Shown here piece by piece: positions 8,662-18,595 of a DNA stretch of 32,000 nucleotides. Made by a program: the position numbers and the translations under genes. The notes under the pieces are model-generated. The model saw nothing but the letters and a program-made list of their open reading frames with translations, did no database searches and had not been told where the DNA came from. How positions within the stretch are numbered: the stretch's first letter is position 1; each line of letters starts with the position of its first letter. The stretch spans positions 2,940,001 to 2,972,000 of the forward strand of contig CP178758.1 of NCBI GenBank assembly GCA_047651235.1, written 5' to 3'. The DNA comes from Candidatus Electrothrix yaqonensis (GTDB lineage Bacteria > Desulfobacterota > Desulfobulbia > Desulfobulbales > Desulfobulbaceae).

Positions 8662-10791
8662 TCAATCCTTTTTATCATCCGGTTCGATAACCGCCGGTCC
8701 GCTCTGTAGAACAACACAGCCCATCGGCGCAACCTGAACCCGGCTTCCGATTGGTACTTGGCGGGCCGTGTCAAAATCAACAAAGTCAGTTGGAGCATTC
8801 CGGTCAGTATCAATGATTTTTCTCCAGACAATATTCTGTGCTAATGACACTGACCCGGCTTCCGGGACAATGAACTGGACAGTATGTTCATCAGAATGCC
8901 CGTTAAGCATAATAAAAAAATTAGCGTCGCTCCCGCCGCTTTTCAGAAGAAAGGACAGGGTATGGGTGTGCTCGGACCAGTCCTGCTCTCCCGGATGCAG
9001 GGCCTGCCAGATAATTTCCGGGCCAGCAGCGTGCTGTCCCGGGCCGGCAGCTTGAAAAAAATCCTTCCGTCGAAAAATTGCATGATCACGGCGCAGCCGG
9101 ATCAGTTTCCGGAAAAAGCGGACTTGACCTTTCTTTTTTTTCGCCAGCTTCCAGTCGAGCCAGTTGAGTTCATTATCCTGGCACCAGGGATTATTGTTGC
9201 CGTGCCGGGTGTGACCGAACTCATCACCGGCCACCAGCATGGGCACGCCCTGAGAAAGGAGGAGAATGACCGCCATAGTTTTGATCCGGCGTCGCCGCAG
9301 TCGCTGAATACAGCGGTCACCCGTGGGCCCTTCCGCGCCGGAATTCCAGCTCAGATTGTTGTTTTCCCCGTCCTGGTTGTCTTCCCCGTTGGCCAGATTG
9401 TGTTTCCCGTTATAACTCATCAGATCAAACAGAGTAAATCCGTCGTGACTGGTGATGAAATTGACGGAATTCCACGGCTTGCGGCCGTGCTGCTCATACA
9501 GGTCCGAACTGCCGGCAATCCGGGTCGCCAAGGCGGAAACCATGCCCGGTGTGCCGTTCATGAACATGCGGACATCGTCCCGGAATCGACCGTTCCATTC
9601 TGCCCAGCGGGGATGATGCGAAAAATGGCCGACTTGGTACAGTCCGGCAGCATCCCAGGCTTCAGCAATGATTTTCGTCTTCGCCAGCACAGGGTCTTCC
9701 GCGATCCGCTCCACCACCGGCGGATTGCTCAGGACATTGCCCTCCTGATCTCTGGTCAGGATGGAGGCAATATCAAACCGGAATCCGTCCACATGCATCT
9801 CCGTGACCCACCAGCGCAGGGAATGCAGGATCAGACTGCGGACAATAGGATGATTGCAGTTGCAGGTATTGCCGCAGCCGGAAAAATTAAGATATTCCTT
9901 GGTTGCTGGATCCAGCAGATAATAGATAGGATTGTCGATGCCGCGCAACGAGGTGGTTCTGCCGCCCCAACCGCCCTCTGCCGTATGATTAAAGACCATG
10001 TCCAGGATAACCTCGATACCGGCCCGGTGCAGGGCCTTGACCATATCCCGGAATTCCCGCAGCGGATGGCCGCTGTCTGAAGAATAGGCAGCCTTGGGGG
10101 CAAAAAAGGAGAGTGGACTGTAGCCCCAGTAATTCTTCAGCTGTTCACCAGTTTCTGGGTTGCGGAACGGGCAGTCGGTTTCATCAAACTCGGTGACCGG
10201 CATGAGCTCGATAGCGGTTATTCCCAGCTCTTTGAGATAGGGTATCTTTTCCGTAATCCCCCGATATGTTCCGGGAAAGCTGCATTTTGATGAAGCATGG
10301 CGGGTAAAGCCGCGGACATGCAGCTCATAAATAATGGTATCCTGCAGAGGAACGTTCAACGGCCGGTCACCTTCCCAGTCATAAGCATCCAGCGGTATCA
10401 GGCCGCAGGTCTGCCTGCTGATACCAGAGCGATCCTCTCCCCAGCGCGGCGAACGGACTTCTTTGGCATACGGGTCCAGTATGATCAGAGTATCATCATA
10501 GGCAAGGCCGCCGGCGTGCCGTCCTTTAAGGCCGGACAGTCTGTAGCCGTACCGGAGGATGTGGTGAGGCGGCAGCCCGTTGACCAGGATATGCCAGACA
10601 TCTCCAGTTTTGTTGCTTTTCGGGTCCAATTCAATTTCAAATTTATCTGCATCGCAGTCCTCCTTCACCCCCAGGACCAAGGATACCTTTTCAGCATGAC
10701 GGGAAAAAAGAGCAAAATTAATACCTGTCGGGGTGACGGTTGCGCCGAACGGCTGAGGAGAACCGGAAAATGTAGGGAAATTGATTTTCAT
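8662..10791 (-). CDS. glgX: Glycogen debranching enzyme GlgX (GH13 isoamylase-type)
   Basis: 709 aa. GH13 conserved regions VILDMVFNHT, DGFRFDIAS, IAEAWD and FITSHDGFTL, plus an N-terminal CBM48-like PFGATVTPTGINFALFS. Confidence 0.92.
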   Translation of the reverse strand: MKINFPTFSGSPQPFGATVTPTGINFALFSRHAEKVSLVLGVKEDCDADKFEIELDPKSNKTGDVWHILVNGLPPHHILRYGYRLSGLKGRHAGGLAYDDTLIILDPYAKEVRSPRWGEDRSGISRQTCGLIPLDAYDWEGDRPLNVPLQDTIIYELHVRGFTRHASSKCSFPGTYRGITEKIPYLKELGITAIELMPVTEFDETDCPFRNPETGEQLKNYWGYSPLSFFAPKAAYSSDSGHPLREFRDMVKALHRAGIEVILDMVFNHTAEGGWGGRTTSLRGIDNPIYYLLDPATKEYLNFSGCGNTCNCNHPIVRSLILHSLRWWVTEMHVDGFRFDIASILTRDQEGNVLSNPPVVERIAEDPVLAKTKIIAEAWDAAGLYQVGHFSHHPRWAEWNGRFRDDVRMFMNGTPGMVSALATRIAGSSDLYEQHGRKPWNSVNFITSHDGFTLFDLMSYNGKHNLANGEDNQDGENNNLSWNSGAEGPTGDRCIQRLRRRRIKTMAVILLLSQGVPMLVAGDEFGHTRHGNNNPWCQDNELNWLDWKLAKKKKGQVRFFRKLIRLRRDHAIFRRKDFFQAAGPGQHAAGPEIIWQALHPGEQDWSEHTHTLSFLLKSGGSDANFFIMLNGHSDEHTVQFIVPEAGSVSLAQNIVWRKIIDTDRNAPTDFVDFDTARQVPIGSRVQVAPMGCVVLQSGPAVIEPDDKKD

Positions 10792-10919
10792 GTTGACTTA
10801 AGAATAGTTCTCATTGTAATCTTTAATAGATGGAACGCTGATAAACGTCAGGATTCCATCTGCACCAGAAAAAGCATACTCTATCCGAATAAATATCTAA
10901 AGAATAAACGGAGGCACTC

Positions 10920-11864
10920 ATGGGGCTTTTTACTGCATTGAATCTGAAGGGAAATCCGACCACGGTTGACTGGGAGATGACCCCGGAATACAGCTTCGGC
11001 ACCTTTGAAAGCTGGGGTGGCAGAGAGCGGGTGCGCAGCAACAGGGAGCGGATTTACTATTTTTTTGTTGACGCCTGGGGAGATAAACCAAAACTCTGCC
11101 TGATGGAACGGGGAATCAAACACGCCAAGATCGTGGCGGAAATTCAGGCCCCGCCGGAAATGATGCAGCGCTGCGTCCGCAGACAGGGCAAGGTGGCCCT
11201 GTTTGAACGCACTCATGCCATTGACGGCGAGCTGAAACAATGGCTGATCGAGAACGTCATGGAAACGGATGACACGTCCAGGGTTATTCCTGTTCATGAG
11301 GCGGAGAGCAAAGATCCTTTGGGAGCAACCGGGCTTCCCGGAGTCAACGATCCGCTGCCGCATGATCTTCCCGATCCGGTCAGCCTCCCGGCTACCTCTC
11401 TGGAGCTTGTCGAGGAAGAGGCGGACAGGCTGATCAAGGGATATAATTTCACGGATCAGGAGCGGAATCCGACGGGCCTGTTCCGCAATTACCTGGTGGA
11501 CAACGGCGACAACCTGACCGTCACTGATCGTGTCACCGGCCTGATGTGGCAGCGCGGCGGCCTGGACATCATGAGCCACCGGATGATGCGCAAAGCCGTG
11601 GAACAGCTCAACCGGGACGGCTTTGCCGGATACTCGGACTGGCTGCTCCCCACTCTGCCGGAGGCTATGTCGCTTATGGAACAGGAGCTGAATGCCAAGA
11701 AGCTGTACCTGCATCCTGCGTTTTCCGCTGACCAACCGTTTATTCTGGTTGACAGCACCCGCAGACCCGGGGGCAGATGGTTTGTCGATTTTAAACAGGG
11801 CCGCGCCTACTGGGCTTCCGGCACTATTCCGGGCGGGTTCGGTCGGCTCTGCCGCAGGGAATAA
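10920..11864 (+). CDS. DUF1566 (Lcl C-terminal-like) domain protein with an unknown N-terminal half
   Basis: 314 aa. The C-terminal VTDRVTGLMWQRGG...YSDWLLPTLPEAMSL matches the DUF1566 pattern. GGAGG SD 6 nt before the ATG. Preferred over the antisense ORF 10881..11735. Confidence 0.7.
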   Translation: MGLFTALNLKGNPTTVDWEMTPEYSFGTFESWGGRERVRSNRERIYYFFVDAWGDKPKLCLMERGIKHAKIVAEIQAPPEMMQRCVRRQGKVALFERTHAIDGELKQWLIENVMETDDTSRVIPVHEAESKDPLGATGLPGVNDPLPHDLPDPVSLPATSLELVEEEADRLIKGYNFTDQERNPTGLFRNYLVDNGDNLTVTDRVTGLMWQRGGLDIMSHRMMRKAVEQLNRDGFAGYSDWLLPTLPEAMSLMEQELNAKKLYLHPAFSADQPFILVDSTRRPGGRWFVDFKQGRAYWASGTIPGGFGRLCRRE

Positions 11865-11930
11865 TTCTCCCTTTACCTTCAGCCGATCTGCCGAATCAGC
11901 CAGGCAGAACCGGCTGGAGAATCAGGCATA

Positions 11931-11973
11931 AAAAAGCCGTCCGGCAGCAGGTGCTACGGGACGGCTTTTCTTC
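11931..11973. terminator. Bidirectional Rho-independent terminator between convergent genes
   Basis: AAAAAGCCGTCC...GGACGGCTTTTCTTC. An 8-bp GC-rich stem (11935-11942 / 11959-11966) is flanked by an A-run on the left and a T-run on the right. Confidence 0.6.
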
Positions 11974-12020
11974 ATTCTGCAGAAGCCTCAGCTTCTTTGT
12001 CTCAGCTCAGACCAGCCAGA

Positions 12021-13148
12021 TCAGCTGTCCGTTTTTCCGGCAAGCTGTGCCACCCTAATCTCCTCTTTTTTCTGAAAGCCGTATTCAACCAGTCGTCTGA
12101 TGTCCCGCCACATGGTTTCACTGCCCATAATCGCCACAATAATGGCGTCGTCTCCCCGTTCAAACTGGCCCACATAGGTCTGCCTTGCCAGGCTGGTATA
12201 TCCGGTTTTGCCTCCCTGTGCCCCGTCCACCTGCCAGAGCGCCCTGTTATGATTGCGCAGGAGCTTGCCGTATGAGGTCTTGACCTTTGTCCGTTTCATG
12301 CGCCGGGCAAATTCCTTGTCCCGCATGGCACGACGGAATATCCGGGCAAGGTCACGGGCTGTGGAATGCTGTCCCTTGGCGGTTAGTCCGGAGGCTGTCC
12401 GGCAGACCGTATTTTCCGCTCCCCACAGCCGGGCATGCATAGTCATCAGTTTGGCAAAAGCATTTTCACTGCCGGCAATCTTCTCGGCCAAGGCCACGCT
12501 GGCGTCATTTGCCGAGGCCAGTAGTACGGCATCAATCAGATCATCAGCCTTATATTCTTTTTTACTGCTGAGATAAACTTTGGAGCGGGGCATGCCTTCC
12601 GCATGTCGGCTCACCTCGACCTTGTCGTTTCTCTTTAGGCGTTTCATAGCGATAATACCGGTGAGCACTTTGATAGTGGAGGCTGGCTGGCGGGGATTGT
12701 CCGGTGCTTGGGCAAAAATGGTTTTCCCGGTTTTGGCATCCAGAATCACCACACTCTTTGAGGTGATCTGCTTGGCGATCCGGGAGAGACGGGAAGCCTT
12801 CCGGCTGAATGTTTTGCCGAATCGTCTAACCTTGTTGGAAATCGATTCTTTCGCTTGCGCTGCCACTCTTTTTTTGACAGCGGAAATATCTCCTCTGCTG
12901 CCGAGGATTACAGGGCAGTTGACAGTACCTTTGTTTTTTCTTTTGGTCTTTTTTTGCCTCAGCGGCTGAACAGCTATGCTGTTTTTCAAGGAAGCAGACC
13001 GTTGCGGTGCTCTGCCGGAATGCACTGTTTTCTTTGCCTTCTCCTGCAGCACAGGAACCGTACCGGCCTGGGCCTGAAATTGTCCGGAAAGCAGCAGGCA
13101 GCAACAGAGAGCAGGCAGTGTTATAAATAGAAAAGAAGAGCGGTTCAT
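12021..13148 (-). CDS. D-alanyl-D-alanine carboxypeptidase (peptidase S11, PBP5/6-like)
   Basis: 375 aa. N-terminal signal peptide, then SxxK (ASTIK), SxN (SAND) and KTG (GGKTGYT) motifs. Confidence 0.85.
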   Translation of the reverse strand: MNRSSFLFITLPALCCCLLLSGQFQAQAGTVPVLQEKAKKTVHSGRAPQRSASLKNSIAVQPLRQKKTKRKNKGTVNCPVILGSRGDISAVKKRVAAQAKESISNKVRRFGKTFSRKASRLSRIAKQITSKSVVILDAKTGKTIFAQAPDNPRQPASTIKVLTGIIAMKRLKRNDKVEVSRHAEGMPRSKVYLSSKKEYKADDLIDAVLLASANDASVALAEKIAGSENAFAKLMTMHARLWGAENTVCRTASGLTAKGQHSTARDLARIFRRAMRDKEFARRMKRTKVKTSYGKLLRNHNRALWQVDGAQGGKTGYTSLARQTYVGQFERGDDAIIVAIMGSETMWRDIRRLVEYGFQKKEEIRVAQLAGKTDS

Positions 13149-13420
13149 AGAGAGTATTCCTATCCTATCTTATTTTTTCAGGTTCAGGTTACGGCTTCAG
13201 ATGTGTTAATTTCTTTTACAAGAAATTGACGGAACAGAACAGATGAAAAAACGGGAGACACTATCGGCTCCTGTCTTCGGCGGTCTTTTTTGAAGACGGT
13301 CGGAAGACCTGTCTGTTGCCGTTTAGAATTATACACAAAAATATTATAGCTGATAGTAATTGACTTTGCACCTGTTTGGGGTAATATTTTTGAATATCGT
13401 TCGGCATGATGCATAAGCCC

Positions 13421-13442
13421 GTTAATAATACGTTAATAATAC
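13421..13442. repeat. Perfect tandem duplication of an 11-mer (GTTAATAATAC x2)
   Basis: Read directly from the intergenic region between the divergent carboxypeptidase and 13613 genes. Function unknown. Confidence 0.5.
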
Positions 13443-13612
13443 TTTTTTACCATTATGAACACCGCCCCCCTGCCTTCCCGCTGCCTGCAACCTGCGTTAA
13501 AAAAATTAATACAATGTACTACCCCGCTCCTTAGAGAGGGGCCGTTTGCCCTGAACGTTCTGCAAGGCTGGCATCCTCAGTCTCAATCCGAAGCCTTCAG
13601 GTACTGGAAACA

Positions 13613-15355
13613 ATGAAAAAAATATTCTTTCTTCTGTGTTGTATCTGCCTTATCGGAGCAGCAGTGTACCTGATCCAGCACCCTGCCCCTCCTGACGTCG
13701 AGCCTGATTATTCTGCTGATTATCTGCCGGAAGATACCCTGTTTCTTTTGGAGCTTACTGACCTGCAGGGGATGACGGAACGTTTTCCCGCATCAGCTCT
13801 GGGCAGACTTTTTTCCAAGCCGGTTATGTATGATATTCTGCGTGAACTGGGAGGCACTGACGAAGATGTACAGCAATACGACAACCTGTATGACGGTCTG
13901 GCCGATGTGCTGACCAATCCGGCTGTCCGGGAAATCTTTGGGGATGATGCGGTCATTGCCCTGCATGCTCCTGATCCGGCGCAGCTCAGACAGAACCCGA
14001 TCAGGGCATTGCAGGACTCCCTGCTGGTTTTCGGCACCTCATCCACGGCAGGCCCCATAGGTCGAGTTGCCCGTGTCATCATGAGTAACGATGTGATCAA
14101 AACATCAATTTCCGGTCTTGACATGACCCGGATCAGACTGGATGAGAATGAACTGCTGTACGGATATACGAAAAAGGGTATTCTTCTTCTGGCCTACGAT
14201 CCGAAAAAAATTGTTGCGGCCGTTCACCGGAAAGAGGATGAAAACGGAAAAGACCTCCGGCAGGCAGTGCCGTTTGCAGCAACTGCGGAATTCCGGGCTG
14301 AAGCCGGGCAGGGGCATGTCTATGCCCGGACCTATCTCAATACAACAGAGCTGAAAACGCTGCTGCGGGCTTCCGGGAACCAGGAACTGAGCCGGGAGCA
14401 GAAAGAAGCCAATGCGTCTCTGGAAGGAGTAACAGCTATCAGCGGTGTGCTTGCCGCAACGCAGGGAGAGCTTCGCCTGCGCGCACAGGCGGAATATGAT
14501 ACCTCCTCCCTGCCGGAAACGGCGAAAGATAGCCATAAAGCATTGCCGGAGAAAAATTTTTCTCTTTCCCTGCTCAACGAAAAGACACTGCTCTATTCCT
14601 GGTTCTCCGCGCTGAACAACGAGGCTGTCCGCCGTCTTCTGTTTAAAGCTGATGCGGAACAGAAGTATGCTGAATTTCAGGAAACGGTGCAGAAGGAACT
14701 TGGCCTGTCTCTTGACCGGCTCATCAAGGCTGCAGGGCCGCAGGCCGGGATAGCAGTTCATGAAATCATCAATGCAGGCATAGTGCCTCTGCCCAAAACG
14801 GTCCTGTTTTTCCAGATACGCGACCGCACGGCTGTTCTGCAGGAAATGAAAAAACTGCGCAAAAAAATTACCGAACAGGGGTTTGCCAAAGAACAGAAAG
14901 AGGAAATTCAGGGGCACACCCTTTATTATTGGACCGTTATGCCGATCGAGGCCACGCATCTGGCCATTGGGCTGACCGACACCATGCTCTATATCGCCAA
15001 CGGCGAGACCGGCCTCAGGGCACTGCTTACCAGCCAACAGGAACCGACAGCTCTGGACAAGACTGCAGCTACTGCATTCGGGGAAACGGCAGGGCAGTGC
15101 ATTGCCGGGGCCAATCAGTTCACCTTTCTCCTCCGTCCGCAGCTGCTCGCGGAACAGGGCGGTACAGCTGCAGACTGGCTCGCCGACATGACCCTGTCCG
15201 ACAGCAATATTTCTATAAAAAAGACCTTAGAGGCAGTGCTGCAACTGATGCGGTCTGTTGACCTTGTTGCGGTCTGCAGTGACCGGGAAGAAGACCATGC
15301 TTCCTTTACGGCAGTCCTGCAAAATGCAGCTGAACTCGGACAGAAAGCGCAATAA
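13613..15355 (+). CDS. Hypothetical N-terminally anchored/secreted protein (possibly DUF3352-like)
   Basis: 580 aa. Hydrophobic N-terminus MKKIFFLLCCICLIGAAVYLI. No catalytic motif recognised. The family assignment is a recollection-level guess. Confidence 0.65.
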   Translation: MKKIFFLLCCICLIGAAVYLIQHPAPPDVEPDYSADYLPEDTLFLLELTDLQGMTERFPASALGRLFSKPVMYDILRELGGTDEDVQQYDNLYDGLADVLTNPAVREIFGDDAVIALHAPDPAQLRQNPIRALQDSLLVFGTSSTAGPIGRVARVIMSNDVIKTSISGLDMTRIRLDENELLYGYTKKGILLLAYDPKKIVAAVHRKEDENGKDLRQAVPFAATAEFRAEAGQGHVYARTYLNTTELKTLLRASGNQELSREQKEANASLEGVTAISGVLAATQGELRLRAQAEYDTSSLPETAKDSHKALPEKNFSLSLLNEKTLLYSWFSALNNEAVRRLLFKADAEQKYAEFQETVQKELGLSLDRLIKAAGPQAGIAVHEIINAGIVPLPKTVLFFQIRDRTAVLQEMKKLRKKITEQGFAKEQKEEIQGHTLYYWTVMPIEATHLAIGLTDTMLYIANGETGLRALLTSQQEPTALDKTAATAFGETAGQCIAGANQFTFLLRPQLLAEQGGTAADWLADMTLSDSNISIKKTLEAVLQLMRSVDLVAVCSDREEDHASFTAVLQNAAELGQKAQ

Positions 15356-15456
15356 TTGTTTTTCCTCCTCGACAACCTGAAAAAAAACAGATAGAACTCA
15401 AAGGAGAGACAAGTTTTACCACAGAGTGGTAGAATTCAAGATTGCCGGGAAACAGA

Positions 15457-16797
15457 ATGAAAAACAACAATAGGCAGGTCTGGGGCTGGGCTCTGTATGA
15501 CTGGGCGAACTCCGCCTTTGCCACAACCGTCATGGCGGGTTTCTTCCCGATTTTCTTCAAGCAGTACTGGAGCTACGGTGCTGATGTGAACACCAGCACG
15601 GCCCAGCTCGGTATGGCCAATGCCATTGCAAGCCTGCTGGTCGCAGCTATGGCGCCTCTTCTGGGGGCTGTAGCGGACAAAGGCAATGTGAAGAAAAAGA
15701 TGCTCCTGTTCTTCGCCTACCTCGGTGTTCTGATGACAGCCGCGCTCTTTTTTGTCCATCAGGGGGCTTGGCTATGGGCCGTATTTATTTATGCAATGGG
15801 AGTGATCGGTTTCTCCGGAGCAAATATTTTTTATGATGCTCTGCTGCCCTCGGTATCTGATCAGGACAATATTGATTATATCTCCAGCCTCGGTTTTTCT
15901 ATGGGGTATCTGGGCGGCGGGCTGCTCTTTCTCCTCAATGTCCTAATGACCCTGATGCCGGAAAAATTCGGTCTGGTCGATGCCAGCCAGGCTGTCCGCT
16001 TTTCCTTCCTCTCCGTAGCTGTCTGGTGGGGCTTCTTTTCCCTCTTTCTTCTGTTCTGGGTTCCGGAAGAAAAAAAATCCGGCGACCGCCGTCCGCTGCT
16101 TCATATTATCAGAGAGGGAGCAGGACAGTTCATCGGGACATTTAAAAAATTTCGTCACCTGAAGACGGTCTTTTTGTTTTTGATGGCCTACTGGTTCTAT
16201 ATTGACGGGGTGGATACCATTATCCGCATGGCAGTGGATTACGGCCTGTCCCTCGGTCTGGCCTCAAACGATCTCATTGTCGCCCTGCTGCTGGTTCAGT
16301 TCGTCGGTTTTCCGGCAGCGCTGCTGTTCGGTAAACTAGGACAGACCTGGGGCGTACGCCGCTCCATCTTTCTCGGTATCGGTATCTACATGCTGATTAC
16401 TCTATGGGGCGTCATGATGGAGACCAAAATGGAATTCTATGTCCTTGCCGGAGCAGTCGGGTCAGCCCAGGGCGGCATTCAGGCCCTGAGCCGTTCGTTT
16501 TATTCCCGCCTGATTCCTGCGGACAAGCCTGCTGAATATTACGGTTTTTACAATATGCTTGGCAAGTTTGCCGCAATCATCGGCCCAGCTCTGATGGCGG
16601 TTGTCGGCATTCTGGCCCGCCGGATACTTATGCCGCCTGCTCCTACACCGGCCCAGATCGAGGCCGTCGGCCAGGTTGCCGCCCGCTGGAGCATAGCTTC
16701 TGTGCTCCTGCTTTTTCTTATCGGCGGTATTCTTTTTTATTTTGTTGATGAGGAGCAGGGGAAAAAGGAAGCTGCCTGTCTGACGGATAAGGAGTAA
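15457..16797 (+). CDS. MFS transporter, UMF1 / Atg22-like family
   Basis: N-terminal WGWALYDWANSAFATTVMAGFFPIFF is typical of this family, and there are about 12 hydrophobic spans. The track start at 15442 is TTG. I prefer the ATG at 15457. Confidence 0.85.
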   Translation: MKNNNRQVWGWALYDWANSAFATTVMAGFFPIFFKQYWSYGADVNTSTAQLGMANAIASLLVAAMAPLLGAVADKGNVKKKMLLFFAYLGVLMTAALFFVHQGAWLWAVFIYAMGVIGFSGANIFYDALLPSVSDQDNIDYISSLGFSMGYLGGGLLFLLNVLMTLMPEKFGLVDASQAVRFSFLSVAVWWGFFSLFLLFWVPEEKKSGDRRPLLHIIREGAGQFIGTFKKFRHLKTVFLFLMAYWFYIDGVDTIIRMAVDYGLSLGLASNDLIVALLLVQFVGFPAALLFGKLGQTWGVRRSIFLGIGIYMLITLWGVMMETKMEFYVLAGAVGSAQGGIQALSRSFYSRLIPADKPAEYYGFYNMLGKFAAIIGPALMAVVGILARRILMPPAPTPAQIEAVGQVAARWSIASVLLLFLIGGILFYFVDEEQGKKEAACLTDKE

Positions 16798-16854
16798 CAG
16801 AAGGAAGGGAAGAGGAGAAAAAAAAACGGACCTCCCGGAGCATCATAAGGTCTT

Positions 16855-17844
16855 TTATAAGGTTTTTTCCAGGGCGGTAATCTGGGTGCTGTCTCCGAGC
16901 ACGATCAGAATGTCGTCTTCCTGTATTTTTGTATCCGGGCCGGGATTGAAAATCATAGGCAGGTCCGGGCGTTTGATGGCGACAACGATGATATCGTACT
17001 TCCTCCGTAAACCGGACTGCATCAGGGTCTTGCCGATGAACGAAGTCTGCCCGGTAATCAGAAGCTCTTCCATACAGAGCCCCAGTTCGCGGGCCTGCAT
17101 GGCAAGATCAAGAAAATCAACTACAGTGGGGCGGACAATAAGCTGCGCCATGCGGCGGGCCCCGATGGAATACGGCGATATCACCTTACTGGCGCCTGCC
17201 CGTTCCAATTTTCTCGCCACACCGGGTGTGCCGCTGGACCGGGTCAGAATGAACAGATCCGGGTTCATTCCCCGTGCGGTCAGGGTAATATACAGGTTGT
17301 CCGCATCGGTGGACACCACGGCAACCAGCCCTCTGGCCTCTTTAATCCCTGCTTCAATCAGGACATCATCATCCGAAGCATCGCCCTGCAGTTCGATATA
17401 TCCGAGCTCATCAATTTCCCGGACCACCTCGTCCTCATTCTCAATCACCACAAAAGGCCGGCTGTTCTCCCGGAGAATCGAACAGATCTCCTGGCCGATC
17501 CGGCCGAATCCGCAGACGATATAATGATCATGCAGCCTCGACATTTTTTTATGCATTTTCCTTTTCTCGACAAAACGTTGGAATCCCCCTTCCACCATAG
17601 CCTCGGTGATCTGACTGAACAAGTACATTACATACCCGACACCGGAAAAAATCAGCAGCACGGTAAACAGCCGTCCGGGCTGAGTGACAGGGGCAATATC
17701 TCCGTAGCCCACGGTCGTAATTGTGATGATGGTCAGATACAGCCCGTCCAGAAAACCGGTGCCCTCAAACACCATATATCCGATCGGGCCGACAACAACC
17801 AACAAGAGAAGAGGGGCAATAAACAGAATATTATACTTACGCAT
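16855..17844 (-). CDS. Potassium channel with RCK (TrkA-N/TrkA-C) domains
   Basis: 329 aa. Two TM helices flank the selectivity filter TTVGYGD. These are followed by the Rossmann motif CGFGRIGQ and a TrkA-C-like C-terminus. Confidence 0.9.
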   Translation of the reverse strand: MRKYNILFIAPLLLLVVVGPIGYMVFEGTGFLDGLYLTIITITTVGYGDIAPVTQPGRLFTVLLIFSGVGYVMYLFSQITEAMVEGGFQRFVEKRKMHKKMSRLHDHYIVCGFGRIGQEICSILRENSRPFVVIENEDEVVREIDELGYIELQGDASDDDVLIEAGIKEARGLVAVVSTDADNLYITLTARGMNPDLFILTRSSGTPGVARKLERAGASKVISPYSIGARRMAQLIVRPTVVDFLDLAMQARELGLCMEELLITGQTSFIGKTLMQSGLRRKYDIIVVAIKRPDLPMIFNPGPDTKIQEDDILIVLGDSTQITALEKTL

Positions 17845-18011
17845 CTTCAGAGGTCAGCTCTGTATAACCCGACTTACGCCTATGGTGAGAGCAGGAGTCG
17901 TGCGTGCTCTATTCGTCTTCATATCTCCCTATCTCTCCATTCAAAGCGACTTGCCAACCTCTTGAATTGCTATAAAAACACAAGGAGGGTAAAAAAAACT
18001 AAACCGGCTTA

Positions 18012-18040
18012 TTGACATATTCAAAAAATTATACTACATT
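18012..18040 (+). promoter_or_regulatory. Candidate sigma70-type promoter (TTGACA-17 nt-TACATT)
   Basis: Perfect -35 at 18012-18017, 17-nt spacer, and a -10-like TACATT at 18035-18040. It lies upstream of the lipoprotein gene. Confidence 0.4.
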
Positions 18041-18173
18041 CATAAATGAAAAGAGGAGACAAAGAATGCATCCGGCGTATCATGTCAGCAGAACGTAAAC
18101 GTATATCCTGCATCTGAATACGGCAACCGGTTTCAGAGACATGAGCAGCTATAAAATAAAAGGGAGGAATACC

Positions 18174-18455
18174 ATGAAAGCACCATACCGTCTCACCCTC
18201 TGCGCACTTCTTTCCGGAGTGGCCTTATTTTTTTTCGGCTGTGCGTCGATGAATGATGCCGCCTTTACCGGAACAGGCAGCAACGACTCTACAATAGAGC
18301 TGTTCGATACAGGATTCGATTTCGGCGAAACCTGCGGCGGAGAAGCCCCCTGCGATGACCCGGTGCACGAACATGAATCTGATGATGAAGTAGAGCCGGT
18401 CAATCCTTCAAGTTCCAACTTTGTATCAGACAGTTCCTTCTTAACAGCCACCTGA
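18174..18455 (+). CDS. Small acidic lipoprotein, unknown function
   Basis: AGGGAGG SD 7 nt before the ATG at 18174. Signal peptide ending in a lipobox-like FFFGC. The mature part is rich in D/E/S. The track ORF begins earlier, at 18141. Confidence 0.65.
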   Translation: MKAPYRLTLCALLSGVALFFFGCASMNDAAFTGTGSNDSTIELFDTGFDFGETCGGEAPCDDPVHEHESDDEVEPVNPSSSNFVSDSSFLTAT

Positions 18456-18495
18456 ACAGAGCGCAGAGCGGTTAGAGATTGAGCTATAAGCTAAA

Positions 18496-18530
18496 GGGAA
18501 TCCGTTGGGCGCGGATCCCTTTCTGCTTTT
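18496..18530 (+). terminator. Probable Rho-independent terminator
   Basis: GGGAATCCG-ttgggcg-CGGATCCC stem (one bulged A) followed by TTTCTGCTTTT. It lies 40 nt after the lipoprotein stop. Confidence 0.45.
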
Positions 18531-18595
18531 CTATCTCCCTTCACTTTCACCTTTCCTGATTGGAGGACAGGTACCGCCTTCCTGTGTTCCTATTT

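Noticed and set aside
8884-10080. 398-aa ORF on the + strand
   Set aside because: It is antisense to glgX, which has all four GH13 conserved regions. The ORF has no recognisable domain.
10881-11735. 284-aa ORF on the - strand
   Set aside because: It competes with the + strand DUF1566 gene, which has a GGAGG SD and a recognisable domain. The minus-strand product is repetitive and rich in His/Arg/Gln.
13184-13414. 76-aa ORF on the - strand in the 13.15-13.6 kb intergenic region
   Set aside because: No SD and no family resemblance. The region is better explained as divergent promoter space.
14105-15037. 310-aa ORF on the - strand
   Set aside because: It is antisense to the 580-aa anchored protein gene. 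It has no SD and a biased composition rich in Phe/Arg/Gln/Gly.
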